From assembly GCA_000004695.1 (NCBI GenBank), contig CM000152.2:32001-96000 (forward strand): DNA of 64,000 nucleotides, given 5' to 3'. Of the stretch, positions 45,134 to 56,367 are shown one piece after another (position 1 is the first letter of the stretch; every line of letters starts with the position of its first letter). A program made the translations under genes and the position numbers. The notes under the pieces were generated by a model, which had not been told where the DNA came from, did not search any database, and worked only from the letters and a program-made list of their open reading frames with translations. Origin of the DNA: Dictyostelium discoideum. Lineage: Eukaryota.

Positions 45134-45611
45134 TAATAAATAATAATAATAAATAATATAGTCCGCCTCAGCAGATCAAATTCAAGAATGTTTCAGTATC
45201 TTTGATAAAGATAATGACGGTAAGGTCTCAGTTGAAGATATTGGAGCTTGTTTAAGATCATTAGGTAAAAGCCCAACCATGGCAGATATTGAAGCATTAA
45301 AGACTGAAATTGGTGCTAAAGAATTTGATATCAATACATTAAAGAGCATTTACAAGAAACCAAACATTAAAACTCCACAAGAGCAACAAAAGGAAATGTT
45401 AGATGCATTCAAAGCCCTCGATAAAGAAGGCCATGGTACCATTCAAGGTGCTGAATTACGTCAATTATTAACCACTCTTGGTGATTACTTATCAACCGCT
45501 GAAGTTGATGAATTATTTAAGGAAATCTCTGTCGATAGTACTACTGGTGCCGTTTCATATGCAAGCTTAGTCAATACCATCGTTTCTGGTTATCCATTAG
45601 GCGGTTTCTAA
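44995..45611 (+). CDS. mlcE: myosin II essential light chain (EF-hand), 2 exons: 44995..44997 (ATG only), 45162..45611
   Basis: Exon 2 SASADQIQECFSIFDKDNDGKVSVEDIGACLRSLGKSPTMADIEALKTEIGAKEFD..SGYPLGGF* (149 codons) matches the Dictyostelium essential myosin light chain as I recall it (begins MSASADQ). The only in-phase upstream Met is a single-codon exon, ATG|GTTAGA at 44995, in an A-rich context about 160 bp upstream of the ..aatatag acceptor. Exon 1 placement is tentative. Confidence 0.75.
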
Positions 45612-45988
45612 ATTATTATTATATAAAAAAAAAAAAAAAAAAAATGAAATTTATTTTTAAATTATCATAAAATAGAAAAAAAAAAAAAAAACATTTAAAA
45701 AAACACTAAAAAATCCATATAATAAAAAATTGTAATAATTAAAAAAACAAAAAAGAAAAAAAAAAAAAAACAAACTGTTTTCTATTTTCATTTATTTCAA
45801 AGATTTAAATTTTCATATTTTCATTATTTTTAACAATCCAGAAGAAATCAAACCACACAAAAAAAATAAAAAAAAATTAAAAAAATAAAAAAAAATAAAA
45901 AAAAATAAAAAAAAATAAAAAAAAATAAAAAAATATAATATACACAATCAAAATTGTTTCTGAAGTCGTATTCTTTTTTTTTTTCTAA

Positions 45989-46014
45989 AGATAAACCTTC
46001 ATGAAGGTTTATCT
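45989..46014. repeat. 26-bp perfect palindrome agataaacctTCATGAaggtttatct
   Basis: Seen directly, about 380 bp downstream of the mlcE stop and 230 bp upstream of the OYE ATG. It could act as a hairpin terminator or a dimeric transcription-factor site. Confidence 0.6.
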
Positions 46015-46205
46015 ATTTTTAGTCAGAAACCAATGTTATTCTTTTTTAAATAGATATTTTTTTTTTTTTTTTTTTTTTACTAAAAAAAAATGTATAAATT
46101 AAAAAAAAAAAAAAAATTATTTTAAATCATTAATAAAAATAAATCAATAATACAATAAAATAAACTTTTTTTTTTTTTTTCTTAAATTATAGTTTTTATA
46201 AATAT

Positions 46206-46241
<36 letters not shown>

Positions 46242-46242
<1 letters not shown>

Positions 46243-47471
46243 TGGAATTTAAATATACATTTAATAAACCAATTAACTACATATCAGCTGGATCAATTGT
46301 AAATCAAGATCATATTGGTGATTCAAGTTCATCAAATGAAAAAGATGATAAACCAAAATTATTTTCACAATTAAAAATTAAGAATTTAAAATTAAAAAAT
46401 CGTATAGTTGTTAGTCCAATGTGTCAGTATTCAAGTTTAGATGGATATTTTAATGATTGGCATTTTAGTCATTATTCAAATTTTGCAAAAGGTGGTGCAA
46501 GTTTAGTAATAATTGAAGCAACATCAGTTGTACCAGAAGGTCGTATCACATATGGTGATGCAGGACTTTGGAAAGATTCTCAAATTGATGGATTAAAGAG
46601 AATCGTTGATTTTTCACATGAATTTGATAGTAAAGTTGGTATTCAACTTGGACATGCAGGTCGAAAAGGATCAAGTATTCCATTGTTTTTAGAAGGTGCC
46701 AGAAATTCAAATTCAATTCCAAACAATGATCCAAGTGGTAATGGTTGGAATGTATATGCACCATCGTCAATCCAATGGAGTGATAAAATGTCAATACCAA
46801 TTGAAATGTCAATTAATGATATTGAAAATGTTATTGAATCATTCAAGAAATCAGCAATAAGATGCGCTAAAGCTGGTATCGATTTAATTGAAATTCATGC
46901 TGCCCACGGTTACTTAATCAATCAATTCCTTTCATCAACTTCAAATAAACGTACCGATAGTTATGGTGGTGGCTCATTCGATGGTAGAATTAAATTACTA
47001 ATTGAAATCGTTAAATCAGTTCGTTCAGTTTGGCCAACTGAAAAGCCATTAGCTGTTAGAATATCTGCTGATGAATGGGTAGAGAATGAAAATGGTTGGG
47101 ATTTAAATGATTCAATTAAATTGGCAGAAATTTTAGAATCATTAGATGTTGATTTAATTGATGTTTCGACTGGTGGTAATAATAGTAAACAAAAGATTAC
47201 TTCAAAACCATTATATCAAGTACCATTCTCTCATGAAATTAAACAATTAATTTTAAAACGTTCTGGTAAATTATTAGTTTCCTCTGTTGGTTTAATTACA
47301 ACTGCTAATGAAGCTGAATCAATCCTTCAATCAAATAGTTCGGATTTAATAATGTTTGGTAGAGCTTTTCTTAGAAATCCTTTCTTACCAATTGAATTCG
47401 CTCATCAATTAAAATTAAGAATTGATTACACTTTACAATATCAACCATCAAGAATTCGTTATACAAATTAA
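46242..47471 (+). CDS. NADH:flavin oxidoreductase / Old Yellow Enzyme family (YqjM-like), 409 aa
   Basis: Single ORF with OYE motifs ..SPMCQYSS.., ..GASLVIIEATSV.., ..GIQLGHAGRKGS.. and ..IEIHAAHGYLINQFLSS.. (TIM-barrel FMN-binding signature). Confidence 0.8.
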
Positions 47472-47951
47472 AAAAAAAAAAAAAAAAAACAATTAAAGAT
47501 TTAAATTGAACTTTTTTTTGTTTTGACAAATTAATAAATATATTTCTAAAATTTCATTTATTTTATTTTATTTTTTATTTTTTTAGAAATGAAAAAAAGT
47601 AAAAATGATTAAAAAAATAAATAAATAAATAATATTTATTAAAAATAAAAATAAATAATAACGATTAAAAAAAAAAAAAAAAAAAAAATCTTTGAAAAAT
47701 TTTCCATATATTTGTTTTTTTTTTTTTATATTTTAATGTATATCTTGAAATTAAGATATTGGATTTTAAATATTTTTGGAATTTAATTCTTTGAATAATT
47801 GGACGTAGGATGTGTTTTTTTTTTTCATTTTTTAAAAAAAAAAAAAAAAAAATTTTGAAAGTTTTATTTTTTTTTTTATTTAAATTTTTTTTTTTATTTT
47901 TTATTTAACAATTCAAAAAAAAAAAAAAAAAAAAAAGGAATAACAAAAAGA

Positions 47952-48234
47952 ATGGAGAATCAACAACCAGAACAACAAAAAACACAAGAAGAAGAACAAC
48001 CACAATTAATTGAAAGAGAAATTGAAGGTGTAACAGTTATTCCACCACCATTCATTCAAGATCCAATAAACAGTGACACAAACATTATTCAAAAACAAGA
48101 GGTTGAACCATTAACGGAAACAAGAGACGAGACATCTCGTGATCTTTTAAAAACTATTCATTGTAGATTATGTGACTGTAAAATATTAACTCCAAATAAT
48201 GCTAAATTAGTTGAAAAACAAGTAAATATCTTTG

Positions 48235-48273
<39 letters not shown>

Positions 48274-48553
48274 TTTTTTTAATTTACTAAACAAAAAAAA
48301 AAAAAAAAAAAAAAAAAAATTACAAAAATAGATTACATTTATTCATAAAAAACAAAGTAATACAGCAGAGCAATTAAAATATATGTGGTTTTTACCAGAT
48401 ATGTTTTCATTTGAAAATATTGCATTTTCCAAGGATGTAAATGCCACACATAAATATTTAACATGCGCAGAGTGTGAAGCTGAAGTCATTGGAATTCATT
48501 ATATTTCATCAAAAGAAAATTATGTTGCACATGATAGAATTGTTTATAAATAA
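47952..48553 (+). CDS. Mss4-like (Mss4/Dss4 Rab guanine-nucleotide-exchange/chaperone family) zinc-binding protein, 2 exons: 47952..48221, 48332..48553
   Basis: Exon 1 ..LLKTIHCRLCDCKILTPNNAKLVEKQ with GTAAAT donor. Exon 2 ITFIHKKQSNTAEQLKYMWFLPDMFSFENIAFSKDVNATHKYLTCAECEAEVIGIHY..* (74 codons). The paired CxxC..CxxC clusters and DMxxFENI block are typical of the Mss4 fold. Confidence 0.65.
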
Positions 48554-48625
48554 ATAAAATTTAAAAATAATAATATAAAGATAATTAAAAATAGATTTTT
48601 TTTTTTTTTTTTTTCCTCCAAAAAT

Positions 48626-48664
<39 letters not shown>

Positions 48665-48767
48665 CGATTTTTTTTTTTTTTTTAAATTTTATATTTTTTT
48701 TATTTTTTTTATTTATTTTACTTTTTTATTTTACTTTTATTTTATTTATGTTTAAACACTAAATATT

Positions 48768-49314
48768 TTAATTGTCACAGGTGATTGCGTATTTGATGAG
48801 GAGATCAACAACTTTTTGTTTGTTGGCAGCAGTTTCGTTTCTGATGGTATCAATTTCTTTGTTAGCGTTGGTGGCTAATTGTGAAGCAGTTTCAGATGAA
48901 GCACCTAAATACTATAATTTTATAAAAAAAAAAATATAATACATTAATAAATGAGTTTAAAATAGATTATTATTATTTTTTTTAAAAAAAATGTGGTATT
49001 AAGAGATATTTTTTTTTTTTTTTTTTCCACACCACCATTTTTAAAAAAAAAAAAAATAATAATAATGTATAATCGTTTTTACTAATATACATTTTTATAA
49101 TTATTAATTTTAAATAAAATAAAATTTAACTTACTTTTGATTCATATTCTTTGTATTCTTTATCTTTTTTCTCTCTAAATTCTTTGATTTCTTTTTCAGC
49201 TTCTTCGACTGCTTTCTTTAATTTTTGAACTCTATCTTGTCTGGCATCTGCAACGATTTTTTGTGCAGTTCTTTCAGCATCTAATAATTTCTTAATACCG
49301 TCTTCTGATGACAT
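48768..49314 (-). CDS. vatG: vacuolar H+-ATPase subunit G, 2 exons: 49314..49135, 48911..48768 (107 aa)
   Basis: Exon 1 is ORF 49126..49314, MSSEDGIKKLLDAERTAQKIVADARQDRVQKLKKAVEEAEKEIKEFREKK.., the V-ATPase G N-terminal helix with a GTAAGT donor. Exon 2 (ttatag|) YLGASSETASQLATNANKEIDTIRNETAANKQKVVDLLIKYAITCDN*. Confidence 0.8.
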
Positions 49315-50031
49315 TTTATTTATATATTATATATTATATATTTATGTTATATTAAAAAAAAAAAAAGTTTATGAAAAATAAAAAAAAAAAAAAAATAAAA
49401 AATTTAAAAAAAAAAAATTAAAAAAAAATCAAAAAAAAAAAAAAAAATTTAAAAAAAAAAAATAAATTTCCCAGGAAAAAACTTTTGTTTTGAGTTTTTT
49501 TCTTTTTTTTATTTTTTTTTTATTTTTTTTTTTCTGTTTATTGTTTTCATTTTAATTTAAAATTGAAATGTAACCAGGACAAATTTAAACAAATAAAAAT
49601 AATCGATAAAAGAAAAAACAAAAATTAATTAAAATGAAAAAAAAAAAAAAATTAATTAAAATTAAAAAAAAAAAAATAAAAAAATAAATAATAAAAAAAA
49701 AAAACAAAAAAAAAAAAATGGATATTTTATAATTGTAAATCAATTTCATTTTTAGTATCAAAAAAAAAAAAAAAAAAAAAAGTGAAACCAGGACCCCTTT
49801 TAGTTACGTTATAAATTTTTTAACTTAAATTATTAAAATAAAAAAATAAAATGTGTATTTGTTTAGTTTTTTTTTTTTTTTTTTAATTTTATTTTATTAT
49901 TTTTTTTATTTTTTTTTGGAAATCATAGAAAAGAAAAAAAAAAAAAAAAATTGGAATTGGTTTTTTTTTCCAATTCCAAAGATAATTTAAATTCCAATTG
50001 TTTTTTTTTTTTGCCATATTTGAGTTGGGGG

Positions 50032-50062
<31 letters not shown>

Positions 50063-50289
50063 TTTTTTGTTTTAAAATATGGATTAATCTTTATATATAA
50101 ATGAATACTAGAAGCCACTCAACTTTTATTTATTTTCAAAGGTATCCACAAATACTCCAAAAATTTAATTTTAATAAAAGGGGAATAGTGAAATGAAAAA
50201 AAAAAAAAAATTAAAGAATGGCGTGATAAAAATCACCTTTACTCTTTCCTAAAATGAGAAAACTTTTTGTGAGGTTAGAAAATTTTTTG

Positions 50290-50334
<45 letters not shown>

Positions 50335-50866
50335 AAATAAAATAAAATAAAAAAAATAAAAACCACCTTTGGAAAAAAAAAAAAAAAATAAATAATGTAA
50401 AAGTGTTTTCAACAATAAAAAATTTATAAATAGAAACTTTTTTTTGAAATATTTTCAAAATAAAATCTGGAACTGCCTTTCAAGGAAATTGAAATCTGTT
50501 ATTTTTTAAAAAAAATGGTGAATCTTAATCACCATACCCACGCATTTCTTTTCAAATGTTGTGACTCTTCGCACTTTCCAGAATTTTATTTTTTTTTATT
50601 TTTATTTTTTTTTTTTTTTAATTTTTTTTTTTTTATTAATTTTATATTTTTTTTTTTTTTTTTTCATTTTTCAAACTAAATTAATTTAATTTTTGATTAA
50701 AAGAAATTACCTGGTTTTATTTTATTTTTTTTAAATTCATTTAATTAATAAATAATTTTTTTTTTTTTCATTTTTTTTTTTTTACTCAATTCAAAATAAA
50801 TTAAAAAATTTTTTATTTTAAAAATTCAATCAATTAATAATAATTTTAAATATAAAAATATATGAA

Positions 50867-50904
<38 letters not shown>

Positions 50905-51007
50905 CAACAATATCATTCAACAATAATAATAATTTTAAATATAATAATATTAATAAACAATAGTTTTAATTTTAGTTTTTTTTTTTTTAAAAATAAAAAT
51001 AAATAAA

Positions 51008-51317
51008 ATGGTTATGACAATTTCTCCAACGTTTCAATTTTTTTCAAATTATTTTAAAACAGCATGGGATTATTTATCAAATAATAATTATAGTGAATTA
51101 AATAATAATAAAAATAATAATAAAAATAATAATAATAAAAATAATAATTTTAATAATAATAGTAATAATAACAATAATAATAATAATAATAAAGAATTAG
51201 ATGTAAATATGTTTTTTCAAGATCAACAATTTGAAGATATAACTTCAATATTGGATAGTCCAAATGGTATAAATTTATTTTTTGAAGAATTTAAAAAAGA
51301 ACAAGAATTATTAGAAT

Positions 51318-51383
<66 letters not shown>

Positions 51384-51922
51384 TAATAATTGAAGAAGAT
51401 AATATTAAAAATAATTTTATAGATGATAATAAATTAATAACATTAATAAATAATAATCAAGAGATAATTCAAGCCAATCATTATGTATATAGAGCATTAT
51501 CATGGTTATTAAAACATGATTCATACTATGTTATGAATAATGATAATTATGAAATCCATCAATTAATTTTCCATTCAATATCGTGTGTTAAAAATATATT
51601 GGAACTTCATGAAATTCCATCCACTTTCTTACCAATTGTAATTATGTATGCCGATAATTTTGTTAAACGTTGTGGAATCAATAATAAACAATTGTTAAAT
51701 TTATTAATTTCAAGTTCAATAGTTTGTGTAAAATTCTATGGTGAAAGTGTAGCTGTCGATCATAAAGTTTTAGGTGGCTATTTCAATCTTACCAATAAAG
51801 ATCTTTGTTATATGGAAAGATTGTTTTTAAATGGTATCAATTTTCAACTTTATTCAAATAATAGCCAAGTTTTAGAATTTTTAGATTCAATCGAAAAAGA
51901 AAAACAATCTTTTGTTATATAA
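51008..51922 (+). CDS. cyclin-domain protein (Pho80/PCL-like cyclin box), 304 aa
   Basis: ORF with poly-Asn N-terminus and a C-terminal cyclin box ..YVYRALSWLLKHDSYYV..IHQLIFHSISCVKNILELHEIPSTFLPIVIMYADNFVKRCGINNKQLLNLLISSSIVCVKFYGESVAVDHKVLGGYFNLTNKDLCYMERLFLNGINFQL... Confidence 0.6.
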
Positions 51923-52074
51923 AAATAATAAAAAGAAAAAAAAAAAAAGAAAATTACCGATTCAATGTACATAAAATTTAACAAATCTCTTATTTATTTA
52001 TTTAATTATAATATAAATTTCAACCTGTAAATAAATCAAAAAAAATAAAATAAAATAAAATAAAATTATACATA

Positions 52075-52116
<42 letters not shown>

Positions 52117-52465
52117 TCATTCCATTTTAATTTTATTTTTATTAACCCATAATTTTGTCACATCTGTTTTAAAATTTAAATAAATCATATAAATATTCAT
52201 TTTTTTTAAAATAAATATTATTATAATTATTTTTAATTTTAATTATATTTTTAACCTTTATTAAATACATATATTTTTTCCATATCAAATAAAATTTTTA
52301 TAAATTAATTAAAACAAAATAATAAAAAAATTATAAAGTAAAAAAAAAAAAAAAAAAAAATTATTGTTTTAATAAATTAATATTTTACAGAATATAAAGG
52401 TATAATAAAAACTATTAAAAGTTGTTTTATTTATATATATTTATTTAATTTTTAATTTTTTTTTT

Positions 52466-52632
52466 TACAAGTCTTCTTTGTCGTATTTTTCATAGAAAGC
52501 AACTCTTTCTCTTTGCTTTTTTTTATCAACGCCATATTTAAAGAAACAACCTGCAATTGAACCTAAAATAAGGGCAACTCCAATATCTTGAACGAGTTGA
52601 GATTTAACAACTTTTGGTAATGCGTGTGTCAT
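52466..52632 (-). CDS. cytochrome c oxidase subunit VII isoform (cxgE/cxgS tandem-pair member); the sequence as given is 167 nt, so the conserved C-terminus is out of frame
   Basis: Minus strand. From the ATG at 52632, MTHALPKVVKSQLVQDIGVALILGSIAGCFFKYGVDKKKQRE.. is about 50% identical to the downstream paralogue (MSHALPALIK..KDIGYGLLLGIIPGVWFKYQ..). The shared C-terminal FYxxYDK motif (SFYEKYDKEDL* vs EDFYAAYDKRN*) is reached only in the -1 frame. The straight-through frame gives 59 aa ending ..RVLSMKNTTKKTCKKKN*. The break lies at or near a T8 run (52517-52524). Confidence 0.55.
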
Positions 52633-53176
52633 CTTTTTTTTTTTTTTTTTTATATTTATTATTATTATTATTATATTTTATTAAATTAATAATTTGTTTT
52701 AATAATTTTTTTATTTTTTTGTTTTTTTTTTTTTTTATATAAATATAAATGGTAGGTTTAAAATTGATATCTTACATTGTAATGTATTATGTATAGAAAA
52801 AAAAAATAATGGCTATGGATAAATTTTTTTTTTTTTTTTTTTTTTATTATTGAAGAAAAAAAAAAAAAAAATTAAGAAAATTAAATAAAATTAAAAAAAA
52901 ATATTAAACAATGGATGGTGAGTAGATTTTGTTGAAAATTTTGTTCGTTCAATCAATATTCCAATAAATAAATGAAATTTCATTTCCAGAGATCATTTTC
53001 CAAAAAAAAAATAAAAAATAAAAAAATAAAAAAAAATAAAAAAAAAAAAAAAAACAATAACAAAAAAACAATAACAAAAAAAAAAAAAAAAAAAAAAGAT
53101 TTATTTAAACTATTTGCTAGTGTTTAAATTTAAACAGTATTGTATATCCATTTTAAATTATTTGTTTATTTTGCGT

Positions 53177-53215
<39 letters not shown>

Positions 53216-53493
53216 CCTTTCAATTTTCTACCAATTTTTTTTTAACACATCAAAAAAAAAAAAAAAAAAAAAATCAAAAAAAAAATAAAATAATAATAAA
53301 AGTGAAATAGAGAAATTTAAATTAAAATCAAATCGAAAATAATGTTAAAAGGTAGTGTATTTGTTATATTGACATTGTTTTTTTTATTTTATTTTTTTTT
53401 ATATATAAATTTCTTTTAGTTGTTGGTTTTTTTTCTTAATATTATTGAACTTTACAACTTTTATTTTAATTTACTTTATATTAATGTTACTAT

Positions 53494-53655
53494 TTAATTT
53501 CTCTTATCATAGGCAGCGTAAAAATCTTCTCTTTTTTGGATAGATTGGCCAATTTGATATTTGAACCAAACACCTGGGATGATACCTAAAAGGAGACCAT
53601 AACCAATATCTTTGGTGATATGCATTTTAATGAGAGCTGGTAATGCGTGGGACAT
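53494..53655 (-). CDS. cytochrome c oxidase subunit VII isoform (second member of the cxgE/cxgS oxygen-regulated tandem pair), 53 aa, intact
   Basis: ATG 53655..53653. MSHALPALIKMHITKDIGYGLLLGIIPGVWFKYQIGQSIQKREDFYAAYDKRN* is a single-TM small subunit. The two genes share orientation and lie about 860 bp apart, matching the published tandem arrangement of the Dictyostelium COX VIIe/VIIs genes. Which copy is e and which is s was not resolved. Confidence 0.6.
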   Translation of the reverse strand: MSHALPALIKMHITKDIGYGLLLGIIPGVWFKYQIGQSIQKREDFYAAYDKRN

Positions 53656-54209
53656 CTAATTAATTTATTTTGTTTATTTATTTAATGTTATTAGTATTCA
53701 TTTTATATTTTATTTTAGTGATCAATAAAAAATAAAAAAACACTTACTTTATTTATTTTATGTGATTGAAGTGTATGTATGCGAAAAAAAATATGAAAAT
53801 TTTTTACACTATAAAATTTTTAAAAAAAATAAAAAAAAAAAAAATAAAAAAAAATAAAAAAAAAATAAAAAAAAATAAAAAAATTATCAAAAAAAAACAA
53901 AAAAAATTACAAAAATGAATGTATATTCATTTCACTGTTCATAATCCCACTTTTTCACAGAAACTTTAAAAAAAAAAACAATAAAATAAAATAATTTTTT
54001 ATACACAATTAAAAACAAATATATTTAAATAATCATTTTTTATTTTTTATTTTTTTTTATTTATTTTTTATTTTATTATTATTTATTTTTTATTTTATTA
54101 TTATTTATTCATTTTTTTTTTTATTATTTCTCAAATGGGTCCAAGTGTGTTAAGATATTAATATCAAAAAAAAAAAAAAAAAAAAATATATAAATAAAAA
54201 GTATATATT

Positions 54210-54313
54210 GTAAAAACCATTCAAGTTTGAGCACATACATATTAATTTTATATGGGCTCCCATATAAAAATATTTGAAATTACAAAAAGTGCGCAAATTT
54301 GAATGGTTTTTAC
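54210..54313. repeat. 104-bp imperfect palindrome: 25-nt arms gtaaaaaccattcaagtttgagcac / gtgcgcaaatttgaatggtttttac, and a central atatgggctcccatat palindrome
   Basis: Arms occupy 54210-54234 and 54289-54313 with 2-3 mismatches; the inner palindrome is at 54250-54265. It sits in the intergenic region between the COX VII pair and rpl14 and is less AT-rich than its surroundings. Confidence 0.7.
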
Positions 54314-55205
54314 AACAAGTATTTGCAACCCAAATTAAGTTAATAAACCAAAAAAAAGAGACTAATTTTAAACATAAAGATTTTAATTTTTTTTTTAATA
54401 TTGAACATTCTTTATTTTTTTTTTTTTTATTTGTCATTTTATTTTTTTTTTTTTTATTATATTTTATTTTATTTTTGAAAATTGAGTTGAAAAAAAATTA
54501 GAAAATAAAAAATACCTTTTTCCAGTTTTCCTAAAATAAGTAATACAAAATTTGCACTGTCGGACTTTACCCCAAAATTATTTTTTTTGATGTTTTATAA
54601 ATTAATTTAAATAATTTTAAATAATAATAATGAACATAAAATTGTAATAATATTTGATATTTCAAACAAAGATGAAATAAAAAATAAATAAAATATAAGA
54701 ATAAATTTAGTTTGATATTAAAATAATTATTGATTAGTGGGAAAAAAAAAAATTAATATATTTCAAGTGAATAAAAAAAAAAAAATTTTAAAAAAAAAAA
54801 ATGAAATAACGAATGGTGGAAAAAAAAAAATAACGAAAAAAATAATGCACTTTGTAAAACTGAAATTTTTCAATTTTTGAAATTTTTTTTTTTTTTATTG
54901 TTTTTTTACGCAGATACCAAACACGTAAGTTATTACATATCATGTATCACTTAGGGTCGCTATGTCACTCTCTCAATCAATTTCTTGGTGATGATTTAGC
55001 TATACTTCAATTTATAATAATAGATTTATTTGGATTCAATTAAAATGTTAAAGATTATATTGGGTTTGATAATGGATTGAAACCTATCACACAGAGAGAA
55101 AATGAGAAAAAGGATAGAGAGTGTACACAGAGATTATAAGTGGGACTCAATCAATCAACCAACTTCAACATCAGCTACTAATTTATAAATTAACCTATAG
55201 ATAAA

Positions 55206-55758
55206 ATGATCTCCAAATTCTCTCTCTTTGTCGAAATCGGACGTGTTGTTGTCATCAACTATGGTGAATACATCAACAAAACTGCCGTCATCATTGATGT
55301 CTTGGATCAAAACAGAGTATGTATTTCACACAATCAATTTGGGTTGTTGGTATGAAATTAAAGAACTAACAAAATTATTTATTATTAATAATTAGGCTTT
55401 AGTTGCTGGTCCACACAGTGGCGTCGAACGTCACATCATTAACTTCAAATGGATCAATCTTACTCCATTAAAAGTTAACATCCAAAGAGGTGCCAGAATT
55501 AACACCCTCATCGCTGCCATCAAAGCTGCTGACCTCGAAACCAAAATTGCTGCCCTCTCTGCCGTTAAGAAAATCAACGCAAGAGCCACCAAATCAAACC
55601 AAACTGATTTCGAACGTTTCAAAGCCAACCTCATCAGACGTAAACTCAACAAGAAAGTTTCAGGTGAAGTTAAGAAATTAGTTAACATTGCCAACAGAGC
55701 TGCTCACAAGAAAGCTGTTGCCCAAAAAGCTGCTGGTCACGTCAAGAAAACTTTATAA
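55206..55758 (+). CDS. rpl14: 60S ribosomal protein L14e, 2 exons: 55206..55316, 55396..55758
   Basis: Exon 1 [37 protein letters not shown] (cf. human RPL14 [30 protein letters not shown]) with GTATGT donor. Exon 2 (aattag|) [53 protein letters not shown] (121 codons). Codon usage is yeast-like and biased, typical of ribosomal proteins. Confidence 0.85.
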
Positions 55759-56367
55759 ATAAAATGTTTACTAATAATATAAAATTTTAAAAATATATAA
55801 AAACTATTAGTATTATTTTAGACCTCAAAAAAAAAAAGGATTTTTTATAGGTTACCCAACATTTATATCTCAAATTTTAAAAAACTTCAATTAGATTAAT
55901 TTTAAGAATGTTAATAATATTGGATTATTTTAATTTAAAAAGATATCAAAACTATTTTTTTTTTTTACTTTTTTTATTCATTTGTGTTGAATTGTATTAA
56001 TATAGATTTTCATTTTATTTTATAATTTCCTTAAAAATATGGATAAAAATAAAAATAGATTCAAATGAATTGTTTTAGATATATATTTTTTTTTTTTTTA
56101 TTTTTTTTTAATTTGGAAATAATAGAAAAAGGTTTAAAATTATTGGATATTAATTTGGTCATATTTTAAAATTAGGTGAAGGTTTAACCATTGATGAAAT
56201 TAATAAAGGATTATTTTATTTTTTTTATTTTTATTTTTTTTTTTTTCATTTTTTTATTTTTTTTTATTTTTTTTTTTTTTATTTTTCATAATTTTCATTC
56301 AAGAACGAACATATATATTTTTTCTATTTTTTTTTTTTTTTTTCTAAAACAAAAGAAATAAATAATT

